From the IMG/VR virus record IMGVR_UViG_3300035696_000044, positions 39 through 64,038 of that record: 64,000 nucleotides of DNA; one strand, given 5' to 3'. Shown in pieces: positions 38,875 through 48,999 of the stretch. The stretch is from a virus. Its lineage: Duplodnaviria; Caudoviricetes. The position numbers and the translations under genes are program-made. The notes under the pieces were generated by a model. It was not told where the DNA came from, searched no databases, and saw only the letters and a list, made by a program, of their open reading frames with translations. Positions within the stretch are counted from its first letter, which is position 1; every line of letters starts with the position of its first letter.

Positions 38875-39175
38875 TAGTCAACTCCTTCATCAACCCTTCC
38901 AAGAGCAACAGATAGTTTATCGTGTCTGTTATCTTCTCCGACCACCTGTCCATGTTTGTTTCCCCAGCCTCTGCAAAGTCGTAGATGGCAACCACGTGCT
39001 TGACCATGATACCGAGTAGCGCATCGGGTGGCCACTGCCCGGTCAGCTTTGCAGCCTTCTTGAAGTTGGATAGTCGGTCGTCCCCTCGTGCATACTCACC
39101 ACCTTTAGCCGACAGGGTGTCCTTGCACACCTGAAGCCTTGCTGCAACAATGTCGTCGAACTCTTCCCGTTTCAT
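38861..39175 (-). CDS. Hypothetical protein (nucleotide-modification-associated domain-like)
   Basis: KGGEYA..DRLSNF...KH...KITDTINY pattern. Confidence 0.5.
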   Translation of the reverse strand: MKREEFDDIVAARLQVCKDTLSAKGGEYARGDDRLSNFKKAAKLTGQWPPDALLGIMVKHVVAIYDFAEAGETNMDRWSEKITDTINYLLLLEGLMKELTNGGA

Positions 39176-41964
39176 GCTGCCTCCTCCATTATCATCTTCT
39201 CCATAGTTCCCCAATTTCTACCCACCTTGGCATCAACGAGCACCGGCACACTAAGCTCCACGGCGCTCGCCATAACGTCTATGATTAGCGGCACCATCCA
39301 CCCCACCGCCTCCTTTGATACCTCAAATAGCAGTGAGTCGTGGACTTGCACAAGGGCGTTCACCACCACCCCTGCCTTCCTCCACGTCATCACCAGATCC
39401 CGTAGCCGCCTCCCCATGGCACGCTTAATAATCCCTTGCGCCCCCGACTGGATGGGGAAGTTCTGCGCTTCCCTCAACGCCGCCTCCCTCAGTCCTTTGT
39501 TCTGACTCCTAGCGTTCGGTATATACCGCCGTCTGCCAAACATATCCAACACATAGCCAAACCGCTTAGCATGATCGTGGGTGGCAGTCATGAACGCCTT
39601 CACACCGGGGAAGGTAGCAAAGTACCTCCCTATAAAGTCCTCACACCGGTTCTCCGTCCATTGTATCCCCATCGTGGCAAGGGCAGCTTGAAGACCCCCA
39701 GCGCTCATTCCATAAGGTATCCCAAAGTTGACCGTCTTAGATGCACGCCTCTGTACGCTGTCGACTTGGTCCAAGGGTATCCCATACGCCGTCGCCGCTG
39801 TCTGGGTGTGCAGGTCGACACCGTCGCGGAAGATCTGGACCATACGCTGGTCCTGGCTGCCGTGGGCGAGGACACGGAGTTCTATCTGGGAGTAGTCGCA
39901 TTCAACAAGGATGCATCCATCGGAGGCTATGAAGCCATCCCGGAGCTTCTTCGCCTCCTCGCCCCGTACTGGTTGGTTCTGGAGGTTGGGGTTGGACGAA
40001 CTGTTGTGCAGGGCCACCTCATTACCGATAAAACAATGTGTATCCTCGACCTCCAAGTCCCACAACTGCATCTCCGGTCCAGGCTCTACTGATATTACAT
40101 AGTGGTTGCTTGGTCCCACCTGGGTGAGGAGCATACGGTGGAGTCTACGCCGGTAGACCTGTAGGGTACTGGCCTTCAGGGGTTCTCCCTTCCTGCTCAC
40201 CCCAGTGCGCAGTGCCTCGGTGTACTCATCCACCGAGTACCTGTGCTCCTTTGCGTGGTCGCTCTGGCTTTTAAGCCATGCTAGATTGCTGGGAGTGTTG
40301 TTAGACTTTCTCCGATCCTTGTGGTGGACAAGGGCCTTCCCCAGGTGTCTACCATCACTGTAAACCTGAGAATAAACAAACCTGTGCTCCTTGTTCCTAC
40401 CACCACTTCCTGTTCCATTACCCCTGTTCTTGCTATGGGGGAAGATACAATAATATCCCTGACCATGTTGAGTGCGTTTAACCATGCACATCAACCTGTC
40501 CCCAGGCTTTAGCCTCCCTGCCGGAATCCAACCACCACTGAGCAGGCGGACAAGGTGGTCGGGGGATAGCTTGAGCTGGAGTTCCGGTCCATCCTTTGCA
40601 GCGTATCGGAGTACTACTGTCTTGGCGGTCTTGGTTGGTCCCACCCACTTCACTTTCTTGACGCATAGTTCTCGTTCCCAGTCAAAGGAGTAGACCCAGT
40701 CTCCAGCCTGTACTTCTCGAAGGGGGACCCCATCCGGGTACTTATCCATATCCCTGGGCATTTCAATGAGGGTGTCAGGGTCTACGCAAAGCCTGCCAGT
40801 GGCAGTACGGGTAGTCTTGAACGTAGTATGGACTCGGTCGTGACTGTCAGCCAACACCGGGATGGCATCGGCGTAGGTGCCCTTGAGCTTGATGTAGCTA
40901 CGATAGTCTTGGATTCCCTTTATTACCGCCTTCTGGTCCTCGCTGATCCTTCCCCCCTCCACCAACGTGGCCAGCGTTGCATTGTCCGTAGTCTCCAGCC
41001 CCTTCGGATGCCGTATCCCCATCCTCGTATACAACACCTCCGCCACCTGCTGCCAGGAGTTGGGATTGAAGTCGGACAGGTCGGTGCCGGATGCACGAAT
41101 AGTGGCGAGGATACCCTGGCGACATTCCTCCGCCTTGTCTGCCAAGTACACCGAGAGTTCGGCGAAGTGGGCGCGGTCAACCCTTACCCCTACCTTCATC
41201 ATCTCCGCTATTATTGGCATCGCCTCCATGTCGGCCCAAAACACATCGGCCAACCCGTCTGCTTCGATCCTCGGCCACAGTGCATGGTACAGGCGCAACG
41301 TGGCATCGGCATCTCGGGCGGCGTAGTGGATGGCGGCGGAGTGGTCGACATCGCTGAGGTCCCCGATGGGCATAGGACCCAGTACTGTTTCCACCATCCC
41401 CCGTCCGGCATCGAGGTCGATATTTCGCCACCGGTCATACGGGTCGGCACCTTTCTCGATGCTATCCTTAACGATCCTCCACACACGTTTGTATATCGCC
41501 TGTGGCTGCTTCGTCCTCCTCTTGTCCTTCTCCCATACCTCTATGGGGGTGATCTTTGGCCACGACCTCGACAGTACCTCGCACAGGTAAGCGAGGGCTT
41601 TGCGTTTGGTTGCGTCACCGACGGTATCCTCGTACGACTCCATGGTCATGCCACAGTTCCGATACGCCAATGGCTTCAAACCTTGTGGTTCCGTCGCCAG
41701 CAGGTACGCCATGACCATCGTGTCCGCCACCCTGCTCGGCCTCACCCCCATCCTGTCCAACACCGAGGCATCGTAGAGCCAGTTGTGGGCGACGGTGAGG
41801 ACGGATGGATCGGACAGGCGGTGGTGGATGGTGGAGAGTTGGTCGTGCTGGTTGGCCATCACCACCCGTGCCTTCCCCGGCTCCACCGACCACGACATGC
41901 ACCATGGACCCCCGGCTACCCACTCGGTATCCACACTGACGATGGTTGCCTCTGCTAGCTCCAA
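39172..41964 (-). CDS. DNA polymerase family A (3'-5' exonuclease + polymerase) with intein
   Basis: DTE, HNWLYD, YAARDA; TATGRL|SSSNPNLQN; DYSQIELR; SKTVNFGIPYG; VHDS. Confidence 0.95.
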   Translation of the reverse strand: MELAEATIVSVDTEWVAGGPWCMSWSVEPGKARVVMANQHDQLSTIHHRLSDPSVLTVAHNWLYDASVLDRMGVRPSRVADTMVMAYLLATEPQGLKPLAYRNCGMTMESYEDTVGDATKRKALAYLCEVLSRSWPKITPIEVWEKDKRRTKQPQAIYKRVWRIVKDSIEKGADPYDRWRNIDLDAGRGMVETVLGPMPIGDLSDVDHSAAIHYAARDADATLRLYHALWPRIEADGLADVFWADMEAMPIIAEMMKVGVRVDRAHFAELSVYLADKAEECRQGILATIRASGTDLSDFNPNSWQQVAEVLYTRMGIRHPKGLETTDNATLATLVEGGRISEDQKAVIKGIQDYRSYIKLKGTYADAIPVLADSHDRVHTTFKTTRTATGRLCVDPDTLIEMPRDMDKYPDGVPLREVQAGDWVYSFDWERELCVKKVKWVGPTKTAKTVVLRYAAKDGPELQLKLSPDHLVRLLSGGWIPAGRLKPGDRLMCMVKRTQHGQGYYCIFPHSKNRGNGTGSGGRNKEHRFVYSQVYSDGRHLGKALVHHKDRRKSNNTPSNLAWLKSQSDHAKEHRYSVDEYTEALRTGVSRKGEPLKASTLQVYRRRLHRMLLTQVGPSNHYVISVEPGPEMQLWDLEVEDTHCFIGNEVALHNSSSNPNLQNQPVRGEEAKKLRDGFIASDGCILVECDYSQIELRVLAHGSQDQRMVQIFRDGVDLHTQTAATAYGIPLDQVDSVQRRASKTVNFGIPYGMSAGGLQAALATMGIQWTENRCEDFIGRYFATFPGVKAFMTATHDHAKRFGYVLDMFGRRRYIPNARSQNKGLREAALREAQNFPIQSGAQGIIKRAMGRRLRDLVMTWRKAGVVVNALVQVHDSLLFEVSKEAVGWMVPLIIDVMASAVELSVPVLVDAKVGRNWGTMEKMIMEEAA
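40003..40788 (-). mobile_element. Intein (262 aa) with HNH endonuclease domain
   Basis: Starts CVDPDT, ends WDLEVEDTHCFIGNEVALHN followed by Ser; internal EHRFV...VHHKDRRKSNN..SNL. Confidence 0.92.
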
Positions 41965-42545
41965 ACCCGGTAGTCCTCCCTCCCCGCATAGCTATCAGTA
42001 ACCTTTACCATCGGTCGCCTCCCCGACAGATAGCCACCAAGCGCCTCGAAGTCGCCATGGACCAGGATCATCTTCTCAGGTTGGTGCAAGCCCCATGCAG
42101 GATGGTACACAGGCACGACTGCTACAGTAGACTCCATCCATGACGATCTGTAGGGCAGTCCGTGTACCATATCCATATCGACATCACCAAGGAACACCCG
42201 CGTGGCGATGCGACCAACAGTAACGACGACTTTCGGCCTCACCATCGCCAGCTCCTTCACCAACCAATGACTACATCCGTCCAGTTCGTCATCCTTGGGG
42301 TCGCGGTTCTTCGGCGGTCGGCACTTGGCCACGTTGGTGATGTAGACATCGTCGCGCAGAACCCCGCCCCTGGATAGCAGATAGGTGAGTTCTGCCCCGG
42401 CCTTGCCCACGAACGGTGTCCCTGCGCGTTCCTCACTCTCCCCCGGAGCCTCGCCCACGAGCATGATGCGTGCAGGATACGGCCCCACACCCCATACTAT
42501 GCGTCCTTGGAGGCCACACCGGGTGCAACTCCTATCCAGCCTCAT
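41955..42545 (-). CDS. udg: Uracil-DNA glycosylase family 4
   Basis: CTRC, MLVGEAPG, PFVGKAG, TNVAKCRPP.NRDP, VYHPA. Confidence 0.9.
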   Translation of the reverse strand: MRLDRSCTRCGLQGRIVWGVGPYPARIMLVGEAPGESEERAGTPFVGKAGAELTYLLSRGGVLRDDVYITNVAKCRPPKNRDPKDDELDGCSHWLVKELAMVRPKVVVTVGRIATRVFLGDVDMDMVHGLPYRSSWMESTVAVVPVYHPAWGLHQPEKMILVHGDFEALGGYLSGRRPMVKVTDSYAGREDYRVWS

Positions 42546-43292
42546 GACCGCCTCTTCCACTCTTCCGGTACCACGTCCCTCGTTAAACTCAGACCTTGGA
42601 ACTGCTCGTTGTTTTCTTCTTCGTCGTCGAGGTACTCCGAGCAAAACGGTACGGGAGATATCGAGGATACCACCCCATCGCCTAGTTTGTGCTCCCATAT
42701 AGAGTAGAACAGAATGGGCTCTACCCATACTACATCATCATCTTTGTCCCAGTAGACCGCCCATGTTGGTACATTTGGTACAACAGTCCCTACCAATCTT
42801 TTCTGCTCCTTGGTCATATCCCCACCACTCCCTTCTCCACCACCTCCACCTCCGCCTCGTCGAACGCCTGTGCAAGTATCGGCAGCCCATCGCTCGTCAT
42901 CTCACGGGGCTGGATACTGATGTAGTCCGGCCCTGTCAGGTGCTGTATACGGGCAATGGCGATGCCGCGGTATCGTGTTACGATATGCCTTACCTCATCC
43001 CCCAACTCCACGCTCATTTCATCTTCTCCTTCTTCCCAACCCTATCCACCATATCCGGGAACATCTCCTCCAGCCTCTTCCTCCCCATATTCGCATTCCA
43101 CCTCTTCACCGATGCGGCCAGCTCCTGCCTCAGCTTGTATATCGTCTGCTCCAGGGAGATGGTAAGCTGAGAGGTGTGTCCACGGTCCCGGCCCCCTAGT
43201 GTCTTGCACCGTACATGGATACTCCCACGGCGCAGTATCGGCTCCCCGCAGACCTCGCAGGTGTAGCGGATGCGCGTACGTTTCCTACCCAC
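42542..43292 (-). CDS. Three small coupled hypothetical ORFs (42542-42817, 42814-43017, 43014-43292)
   Basis: ATGA-type overlaps in the replication operon; the last has a CxxC motif. Confidence 0.55.
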
Positions 43293-44016
43293 GATGCAGC
43301 TCCTTTACTATAGACTGAGCCAGTACAGGGCCGATCCCGTCCACCTCGGCCAACTCCCCCTCCGTCACCCTCATCAACCCATCCACACTCCTCACGACTT
43401 TGGCAATCCTTAGTCCCCTCTCATACCCCACCCCCTTCAGCTCCTTCACTATACGATGCACCAAGGTAGGCGGTGTCAGGTGGACGCGGCCACGAGGAGG
43501 GAGGTTCACGAACTGTCTATGGGAGTTATGCTCTCCCCACTCCTTCTGCCACCAGGAGTAGGTCGAGCGTATCCACTGCCCACTCGCCGCCTTCCCGCTG
43601 GTCAGCCACACCCGGACTCCGCACATTATCGAGAGGGTATTGAGGTAGTTCTCCACCTCCGAGGCCATGAACCTCCTCCTCCCTTTGCTGACCGGATGCC
43701 ATTGTCCATACCGGTGTTGCTCCAGCACCCCATCCGCCGCCCCCCTCCACACCCCCTCGACCAATAGGTAGACCATATAGTATTCATTGAGCAAACCTAT
43801 AAGCTGATGGCCACTAAGCCGACCAGTAACGATGCACCCAACGAGATCAGCTATGGACTTATACTCAACCGCTATAGGCACCGGACCATCTTCCCCGTTC
43901 CCCATCCACATTAGATCACCATACGGTAGGAGGCAGAGGGTGTGGGGGCCGATATACGGTGCCAACTCCTTGCTGCCTGCGCGTTCATCAAGCCACACCA
44001 TCACCCCGGCCCTCAC
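43285..44016 (-). CDS. ERCC4/XPF-family nuclease with C-terminal HhH
   Basis: LDERAGS, LPYGD, VEYKSIADL, LLVEG, VDGIGPVLA. Confidence 0.8.
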   Translation of the reverse strand: MRAGVMVWLDERAGSKELAPYIGPHTLCLLPYGDLMWMGNGEDGPVPIAVEYKSIADLVGCIVTGRLSGHQLIGLLNEYYMVYLLVEGVWRGAADGVLEQHRYGQWHPVSKGRRRFMASEVENYLNTLSIMCGVRVWLTSGKAASGQWIRSTYSWWQKEWGEHNSHRQFVNLPPRGRVHLTPPTLVHRIVKELKGVGYERGLRIAKVVRSVDGLMRVTEGELAEVDGIGPVLAQSIVKELHRG

Positions 44017-44279
44017 CCATTACCGTTGGCATTCTCCACCCGCCACACTCGTATCCCCCCCTCCACATACCGTATCTCAAACCTCTGGGGGTTGTAGGCG
44101 AGGCCGTTCCTATACCTCACTGCCAGCATCGTCTTGTGGTACAGCTTTGAGTCGTACTCCGCCATGGGGATGAAGAACGAATCCCCCACCTCTGTCATCA
44201 AATCCCACGGATACCTCGGCCTCGGCCTCTTGCTTCCGCGTACGGGTACTCCCTTGTCCACTTCTGCTATCTTCCCCAT
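44013..44279 (-). CDS. Small putative DNA-binding phage protein
   Basis: VDKGVP...RYPW..MTEVGDSFF...GIRVWRV. Confidence 0.6.
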   Translation of the reverse strand: MGKIAEVDKGVPVRGSKRPRPRYPWDLMTEVGDSFFIPMAEYDSKLYHKTMLAVRYRNGLAYNPQRFEIRYVEGGIRVWRVENANGNG

Positions 44280-44309
44280 ATCTTCTCTCCTCCTATAGGT
44301 ATTGTCGGT

Positions 44310-44636
44310 CTATCCCTCTTCCCTCTTCTTGATCTCGATATGTGGTACCGCCGAGTCCACTGTCTTGATTGCCTTCCTCAGCATAGGCCCTACAAGGTAT
44401 CGTACGGCCATAACAAACACTGCACCCACTGCTAGGATAGGCCACAAGAGGTAGATTACCAGTGCCACTATGCAATACTCGAATGCCGAATCACAGAAGC
44501 CTCTCTCCCCTGTCTTTATCCAGCGATAGGTCTCCCTCGCCATGTTCCTCAACAACACCGTCCCCACCACCATACCCGCTGCACCATACACCCCCCCCCA
44601 GAACACCAATCCCCCCATCCACTCCAGTAAGAACAT
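44310..44636 (-). CDS. Membrane protein
   Basis: Two hydrophobic segments. Confidence 0.55.
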   Translation of the reverse strand: MFLLEWMGGLVFWGGVYGAAGMVVGTVLLRNMARETYRWIKTGERGFCDSAFEYCIVALVIYLLWPILAVGAVFVMAVRYLVGPMLRKAIKTVDSAVPHIEIKKREEG

Positions 44637-44655
44637 CCTGTCCTCTTCTCTCCAT

Positions 44656-45396
44656 CTACATCCATTCGTTAGGACTCCCCCCCAACACCGCCGCTGCCAG
44701 GAACGGGAACGTCGCCATAGGGCCGATCATAACCTGACCATTAAGCGCCGGGTTATGTCTGGAGTCCAATATCCTCAGTCCAAAGTCCTCCGGGTAGTCG
44801 TCCTCGTCACCGGGACGGAACATCTCCAGCACCACCTCGGCCCATGAACTTGTCTCCGAGAACCCTGCCAGTTCAAACTTACCGGTCCTAGCGTCATTGA
44901 CATACTGTGCCTTGACCTTGTGTATCAACGCCACACTCTTATCCCCGGACAATCCAGCCCTATACAGCCTCCTGAACACTGCATGGACACCACCATAGTT
45001 CCGTGCCCTTACCCCTTCCAGCCTCCCCAATATCCCCATCCTGGCCAGCTCATACAGGTCCGTTGCACTATCTGCCACGATGCTCTTTATTGACGGCGAC
45101 GATAGCACGTCGTTCCAAGCTGTAAGGACCCGGTCGAACTCCTTCTGAGATGGGTCTTGGTCGGGGAATAGATTAACATCCATCAGGTATACCTTCTTAT
45201 CCGGGAACTTGGATATTATCCCCTCTGTTCCCTTGTCGGTGTCGAATAGTGCTATAGGGCCAGGAAACCCCAGAGCCAGATGGGTTTTCCCCCTCTTGGG
45301 CCTCCCCTGTATGGCCACTATAAGTCGGCGTCTAATATACCCGTCGGACTCTTCAAACCCCAGCTTCTTAAGTTCTGGTGGAGTTGCCAATGACAT
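44656..45396 (-). CDS. AAA/RecA-family ATPase (Sak4-like)
   Basis: QGRPKRGKT Walker A; SIVADS Walker B. Confidence 0.8.
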   Translation of the reverse strand: MSLATPPELKKLGFEESDGYIRRRLIVAIQGRPKRGKTHLALGFPGPIALFDTDKGTEGIISKFPDKKVYLMDVNLFPDQDPSQKEFDRVLTAWNDVLSSPSIKSIVADSATDLYELARMGILGRLEGVRARNYGGVHAVFRRLYRAGLSGDKSVALIHKVKAQYVNDARTGKFELAGFSETSSWAEVVLEMFRPGDEDDYPEDFGLRILDSRHNPALNGQVMIGPMATFPFLAAAVLGGSPNEWM

Positions 45397-45931
45397 CCCT
45401 CCTCTCTACCCTTCGTATCCTTTCCAACTCATGTTCAGCCCTACACGGTTTGTGGTAGAACCTTTCAATGTGGCCATCACGTGGAGTTAGTCTTGTCATA
45501 ACCTCTGCGTAGTCCCACTCCCCACAATATCGACACCGCTTTTTGTCTGCATCCCCGGTGGTATGGTATGCCCTCCCCCTCATCTCGATCAACATGTGGT
45601 AGGACTGATCCTGGCACACTACGAGGTTACATGGCTCATCATTGGCCTTGTTTCCGTCCACATGGTGAACTCGTGCTGCAGCTGGAAGATATCTGCCTAG
45701 GGCCACCTCTGCGACCAATATACTGTTTGCTACATACCCAGTGGCGTTTGCCCTAGGATGGCCTACACACCGAACGTATTTCCTGCCACGATGCCAGAAG
45801 TAGCCATGCCCGTATCGGTTTGGGGCATCGAGAGGGTACCCCCTCCAAGATCGGCTGTAGTGGAATCGACACAACCCTCTCCCTACAGTTTCTCCTTGGC
45901 AGCCATCTACCGAGCACTCTCTCAGTGGCAT
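45368..45931 (-). CDS. HNH homing endonuclease
   Basis: CSVDGC..LCRFHY; VAEVALGRYL...VHHVDGNKAND..NL. Confidence 0.8.
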   Translation of the reverse strand: MPLRECSVDGCQGETVGRGLCRFHYSRSWRGYPLDAPNRYGHGYFWHRGRKYVRCVGHPRANATGYVANSILVAEVALGRYLPAAARVHHVDGNKANDEPCNLVVCQDQSYHMLIEMRGRAYHTTGDADKKRCRYCGEWDYAEVMTRLTPRDGHIERFYHKPCRAEHELERIRRVERRDVIGNSTRT

Positions 45932-46230
45932 AGCCCACTCCCCCCATACCCTTCCGCCTTTGCTGCTGCCTTCATCATCCCATACTGCATGACCAACTCC
46001 TCCATCAGCAACTCCGTCATCGACCCCTGCTGGTAGACCAAATACCGTGAGACGTGCGGGCGGTGGGTGCATTCTCCCCCTGCCTCCTCCTTCTCCCCCA
46101 CGTCCTTGGCCAACACCAGTATATACTCATAGTCATCCATGTCGCTGAAGGTGTCGAGGATGTCCGATAGTGCTTGTATCTTCACCATGTCCTTTTTCGG
46201 CCACAGTTTCCTGGCCTCATCGGTGGTCAT
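45922..46230 (-). CDS. Hypothetical protein
   Basis: Operon packing. Confidence 0.45.
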   Translation of the reverse strand: MTTDEARKLWPKKDMVKIQALSDILDTFSDMDDYEYILVLAKDVGEKEEAGGECTHRPHVSRYLVYQQGSMTELLMEELVMQYGMMKAAAKAEGYGGSGLCH

Positions 46231-46322
46231 CTTGCGTTCATCACTCAATACCGCCTCCTTATGCAGCGAGGGGGAGGCTGGTGGACCGTCCTCCTTCTCC
46301 ACCCCCTCCTCCCTTCTAACGT

Positions 46323-47102
46323 TTACGGTATACTCACCACCCCTGCCTCTATCTTGAACATCCCCAGCCCCTCCAACCACTGGGGCTTATGCACCGCCAT
46401 CACCGCCTTTTGCTTCAAAGGGTTGCCGGAGAGTTCGGTAAACACCTGGGCTCCGAGTGCTACCCTTGCCGTCGGACCATTCTTCTCCAACAGCCCCATG
46501 ATCGTCGCCACCACCACCCCTACCAGCTCCCCATCGTCTTCGGGGGCAGCAGATGCCGTGGTGGGTGCCGGTGTGGACTTAGCCTTGCCTTTCCCAGCTT
46601 TCTTTTCCCCCGGCAGTGTCACTACCTTATCCACCACCGGTGTCGTCCTTCCTTCCTTCTGATCCTTCAACCCCTTACGCTCCTTATCCGGTACTTGGAT
46701 AATATGGACTACCGCCCCCTCAAGGGTGCTGATATCATCCCCGGCCAGGAAGTCCGCTGGCAGACCGCTGGTGAACAACGACGCCAACAGTATCATCGCC
46801 TTGCAATCCTTCACCATCCCGCTCTGCTTCCCCGGCGCTCCCAGATTCTTCCCACCATCCACCAGCACAAACCCGCTGGTCTCACTCCCAGCGGACCAAT
46901 ACTGGTCGTACTCCGCCCCGTTCTCCACATCGCGCATCTTCCAATGCAGCGCCGGTGTCGCCTCCTGCCTCGTCCCATTGTAGTCCCACATGGCGAACCG
47001 GCTCTCGGTGATCTCGACAGTAACGTCGTTCAATGCCAGCCCACCTTGTATTGCGTTTTCGGGATTCAAACTTACCAAGCGTATTCCGTTCTTCTCTGCC
47101 AT
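46323..47102 (-). CDS. Putative ssDNA-binding/annealing protein
   Basis: Aromatic-rich beta N-terminal half and linker, next to the AAA ATPase; inferred from context. Confidence 0.45.
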   Translation of the reverse strand: MAEKNGIRLVSLNPENAIQGGLALNDVTVEITESRFAMWDYNGTRQEATPALHWKMRDVENGAEYDQYWSAGSETSGFVLVDGGKNLGAPGKQSGMVKDCKAMILLASLFTSGLPADFLAGDDISTLEGAVVHIIQVPDKERKGLKDQKEGRTTPVVDKVVTLPGEKKAGKGKAKSTPAPTTASAAPEDDGELVGVVVATIMGLLEKNGPTARVALGAQVFTELSGNPLKQKAVMAVHKPQWLEGLGMFKIEAGVVSIP

Positions 47103-47130
47103 GAGAACTATTCCCCTTCGTCGTTAGTAG

Positions 47131-47580
47131 TCAGTCCACAACCTCTACTATTGGTTTTTCCTTCTCCCCCTCAGCAGCCGCTGCCACGCTCGCTGCCATC
47201 TCCTCCCCCCTCTCCTCCATAATCTGCACCAGATAGTCCTTCAACGCCACCACCAGCCCGGTATCCACCAGGAACCTCGCCATCACCTCCAGTATCGCTG
47301 TCATGCTGCCGTTGGTAACTATACCGGGCAGGCACCTTACCTCCCCCTCCTCCGTCTGCTGCAGGTCGGCCATAATGACCAGGAAGGCCCCGAACTCCTC
47401 ACAGGCACCTTTCCAAGTACTCTGGAATACCCCATGCTGGGCATTCGACCACTTCGGGTTCCCCGGCACTTTGGTATCCGCATCCTCCCTCAGCTTCTGC
47501 TTCAGGTCCTCGATGGTCGCAACCACTTCCTGGAAGCTCCCCTCACCTTTTTGCTTCTTCTTCCCTCCCCCACGTTTCAC
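47131..47580 (-). CDS. Hypothetical protein
   Basis: GGAGG RBS with GTG start. Confidence 0.55.
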   Translation of the reverse strand: MKRGGGKKKQKGEGSFQEVVATIEDLKQKLREDADTKVPGNPKWSNAQHGVFQSTWKGACEEFGAFLVIMADLQQTEEGEVRCLPGIVTNGSMTAILEVMARFLVDTGLVVALKDYLVQIMEERGEEMAASVAAAAEGEKEKPIVEVVD

Positions 47581-47706
47581 TCTACCTCCTACTCGTAGTA
47601 AGGTGCAATCCACATGGATGACCGCACGGTCTGCGATCACCTTCTGAATTTCCCCTCTACACTTTGCACTCGTTGTTGATATTTTTTTGTTTGGTTGGAT
47701 GGCGGA

Positions 47707-47735
47707 GATATAGTATTCCCCACGCACGTTGTCAA
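47707..47735 (-). promoter_or_regulatory. sigma70-like promoter for the replication operon
   Basis: TTGACA-17 nt-TATATC on the minus strand. Confidence 0.5.
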
Positions 47736-47749
47736 GTAGATTCCACATT

Positions 47750-48245
47750 GTTTATATACCGTCGAGGCGGTTTTCTACTAAGTTTACAGTATTTACCTAA
47801 TAGATATAGTGGGGGGTTTACCATAGATAGGTTGGTAAATTGTGTACATGGTGTAAAGGTGTGGAACGTGTAACTACGGTAAAGTGTGTAAACTATGTAA
47901 GTGGAGTAAACATCATCAATACTGTAATGTGGGTAAACTGTGTAACTGGCTGGAATGTGTAAACCGGGTAAACACCGTAAAGAAATACGCCCCAAAACCC
48001 CAGATTTTCGTCTTAAACTAGGTTACGTAAACATTTATCCCTATAACCGCCACCAGAGCCACTCTACCCTAGTTTACATGCCTATTTACCTTTAACATTT
48101 ACACACCTTTACACATATTTACACTTTATTTACACCCTCTCTCTCTATACCCCCCCCCCTATATATAGAGAGAGAGTGTGTTTAGAGAGAGAGAGTTTAC
48201 AGAATACCATATATAATACCTACCCCCAAAAGTTAAGCAACTCGG
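47750..48245. repeat. AT-rich iteron-like array, putative replication origin
   Basis: Many GTAAA(C)/TGTAA copies in 47830-47985, opposite-orientation TTTAC(A) copies in 48070-48200, and a C10-TATATATA-(GA)n core. Confidence 0.65.
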
Positions 48246-48260
48246 CCAATATCGGGTTTT

Positions 48261-48998
48261 TCACCCCTCATCGACCTCGAACAACCCACCGCAGGCGGTG
48301 TAGAATTTACTTCGGTCGAAATTGGAATTGAACCTCCTACAGGCCAACGCAACGGCCATCACGTCGGCATCCCACTGCTCCAAAATGCGATCATCGGCGT
48401 CGGGAGTCGGCCTCGTGTCCTTCATACCCTCCGCCAACGCCTTGAAATGTTGCCTCGTCATTTATCCTCACCTACCTTCCTCACCATTGGGTTAGGGTTG
48501 GCTCCGCACTCGGGACACGGGGTGGTAGGGTAGCCGTCCGCCGCGTCCATCGGTCCCATAGGGCAGGGGTCTCCCATCCCCCACATCCCGTACCCATAAC
48601 ACGTAGTACATTCCTTTTTATTTTTCATCATCGTCGGTATCCTCCATATCCCTCTCGTGTTCGTCCCAGAACTCCGGGTCATCATCATACAACACCGCCT
48701 TCAACTCCTTGTACCCAACCTCTATACGCCTGGACCTATACCTCCTGCTGCACCACTGGAACACGGGGTCGTGGATGTAGCAATGAAACACGTCCCCGAA
48801 CCCGGTCTTGAACGCAGGGCCACCCTTGTAACGCACGGTGAACCTATCCTTCCAATCCCTTCCATACACCCTGTCACACACCCAGTCGAACACCACCTCG
48901 ATGCACCTCACGATGCACGGGACCTCGTCCAGCCACACCGATGCCTTACCACGTCCCAGACTATACGACCACGTCCTCATGTCCATCCCCCTTCCCAC
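48261..48998 (-). CDS. Three small hypothetical ORFs (48261-48461, 48458-48631 with CxxC pairs, 48618-48998)
   Basis: Coupled overlaps and RBSs. Confidence 0.55.
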
Positions 48999-48999
48999 C

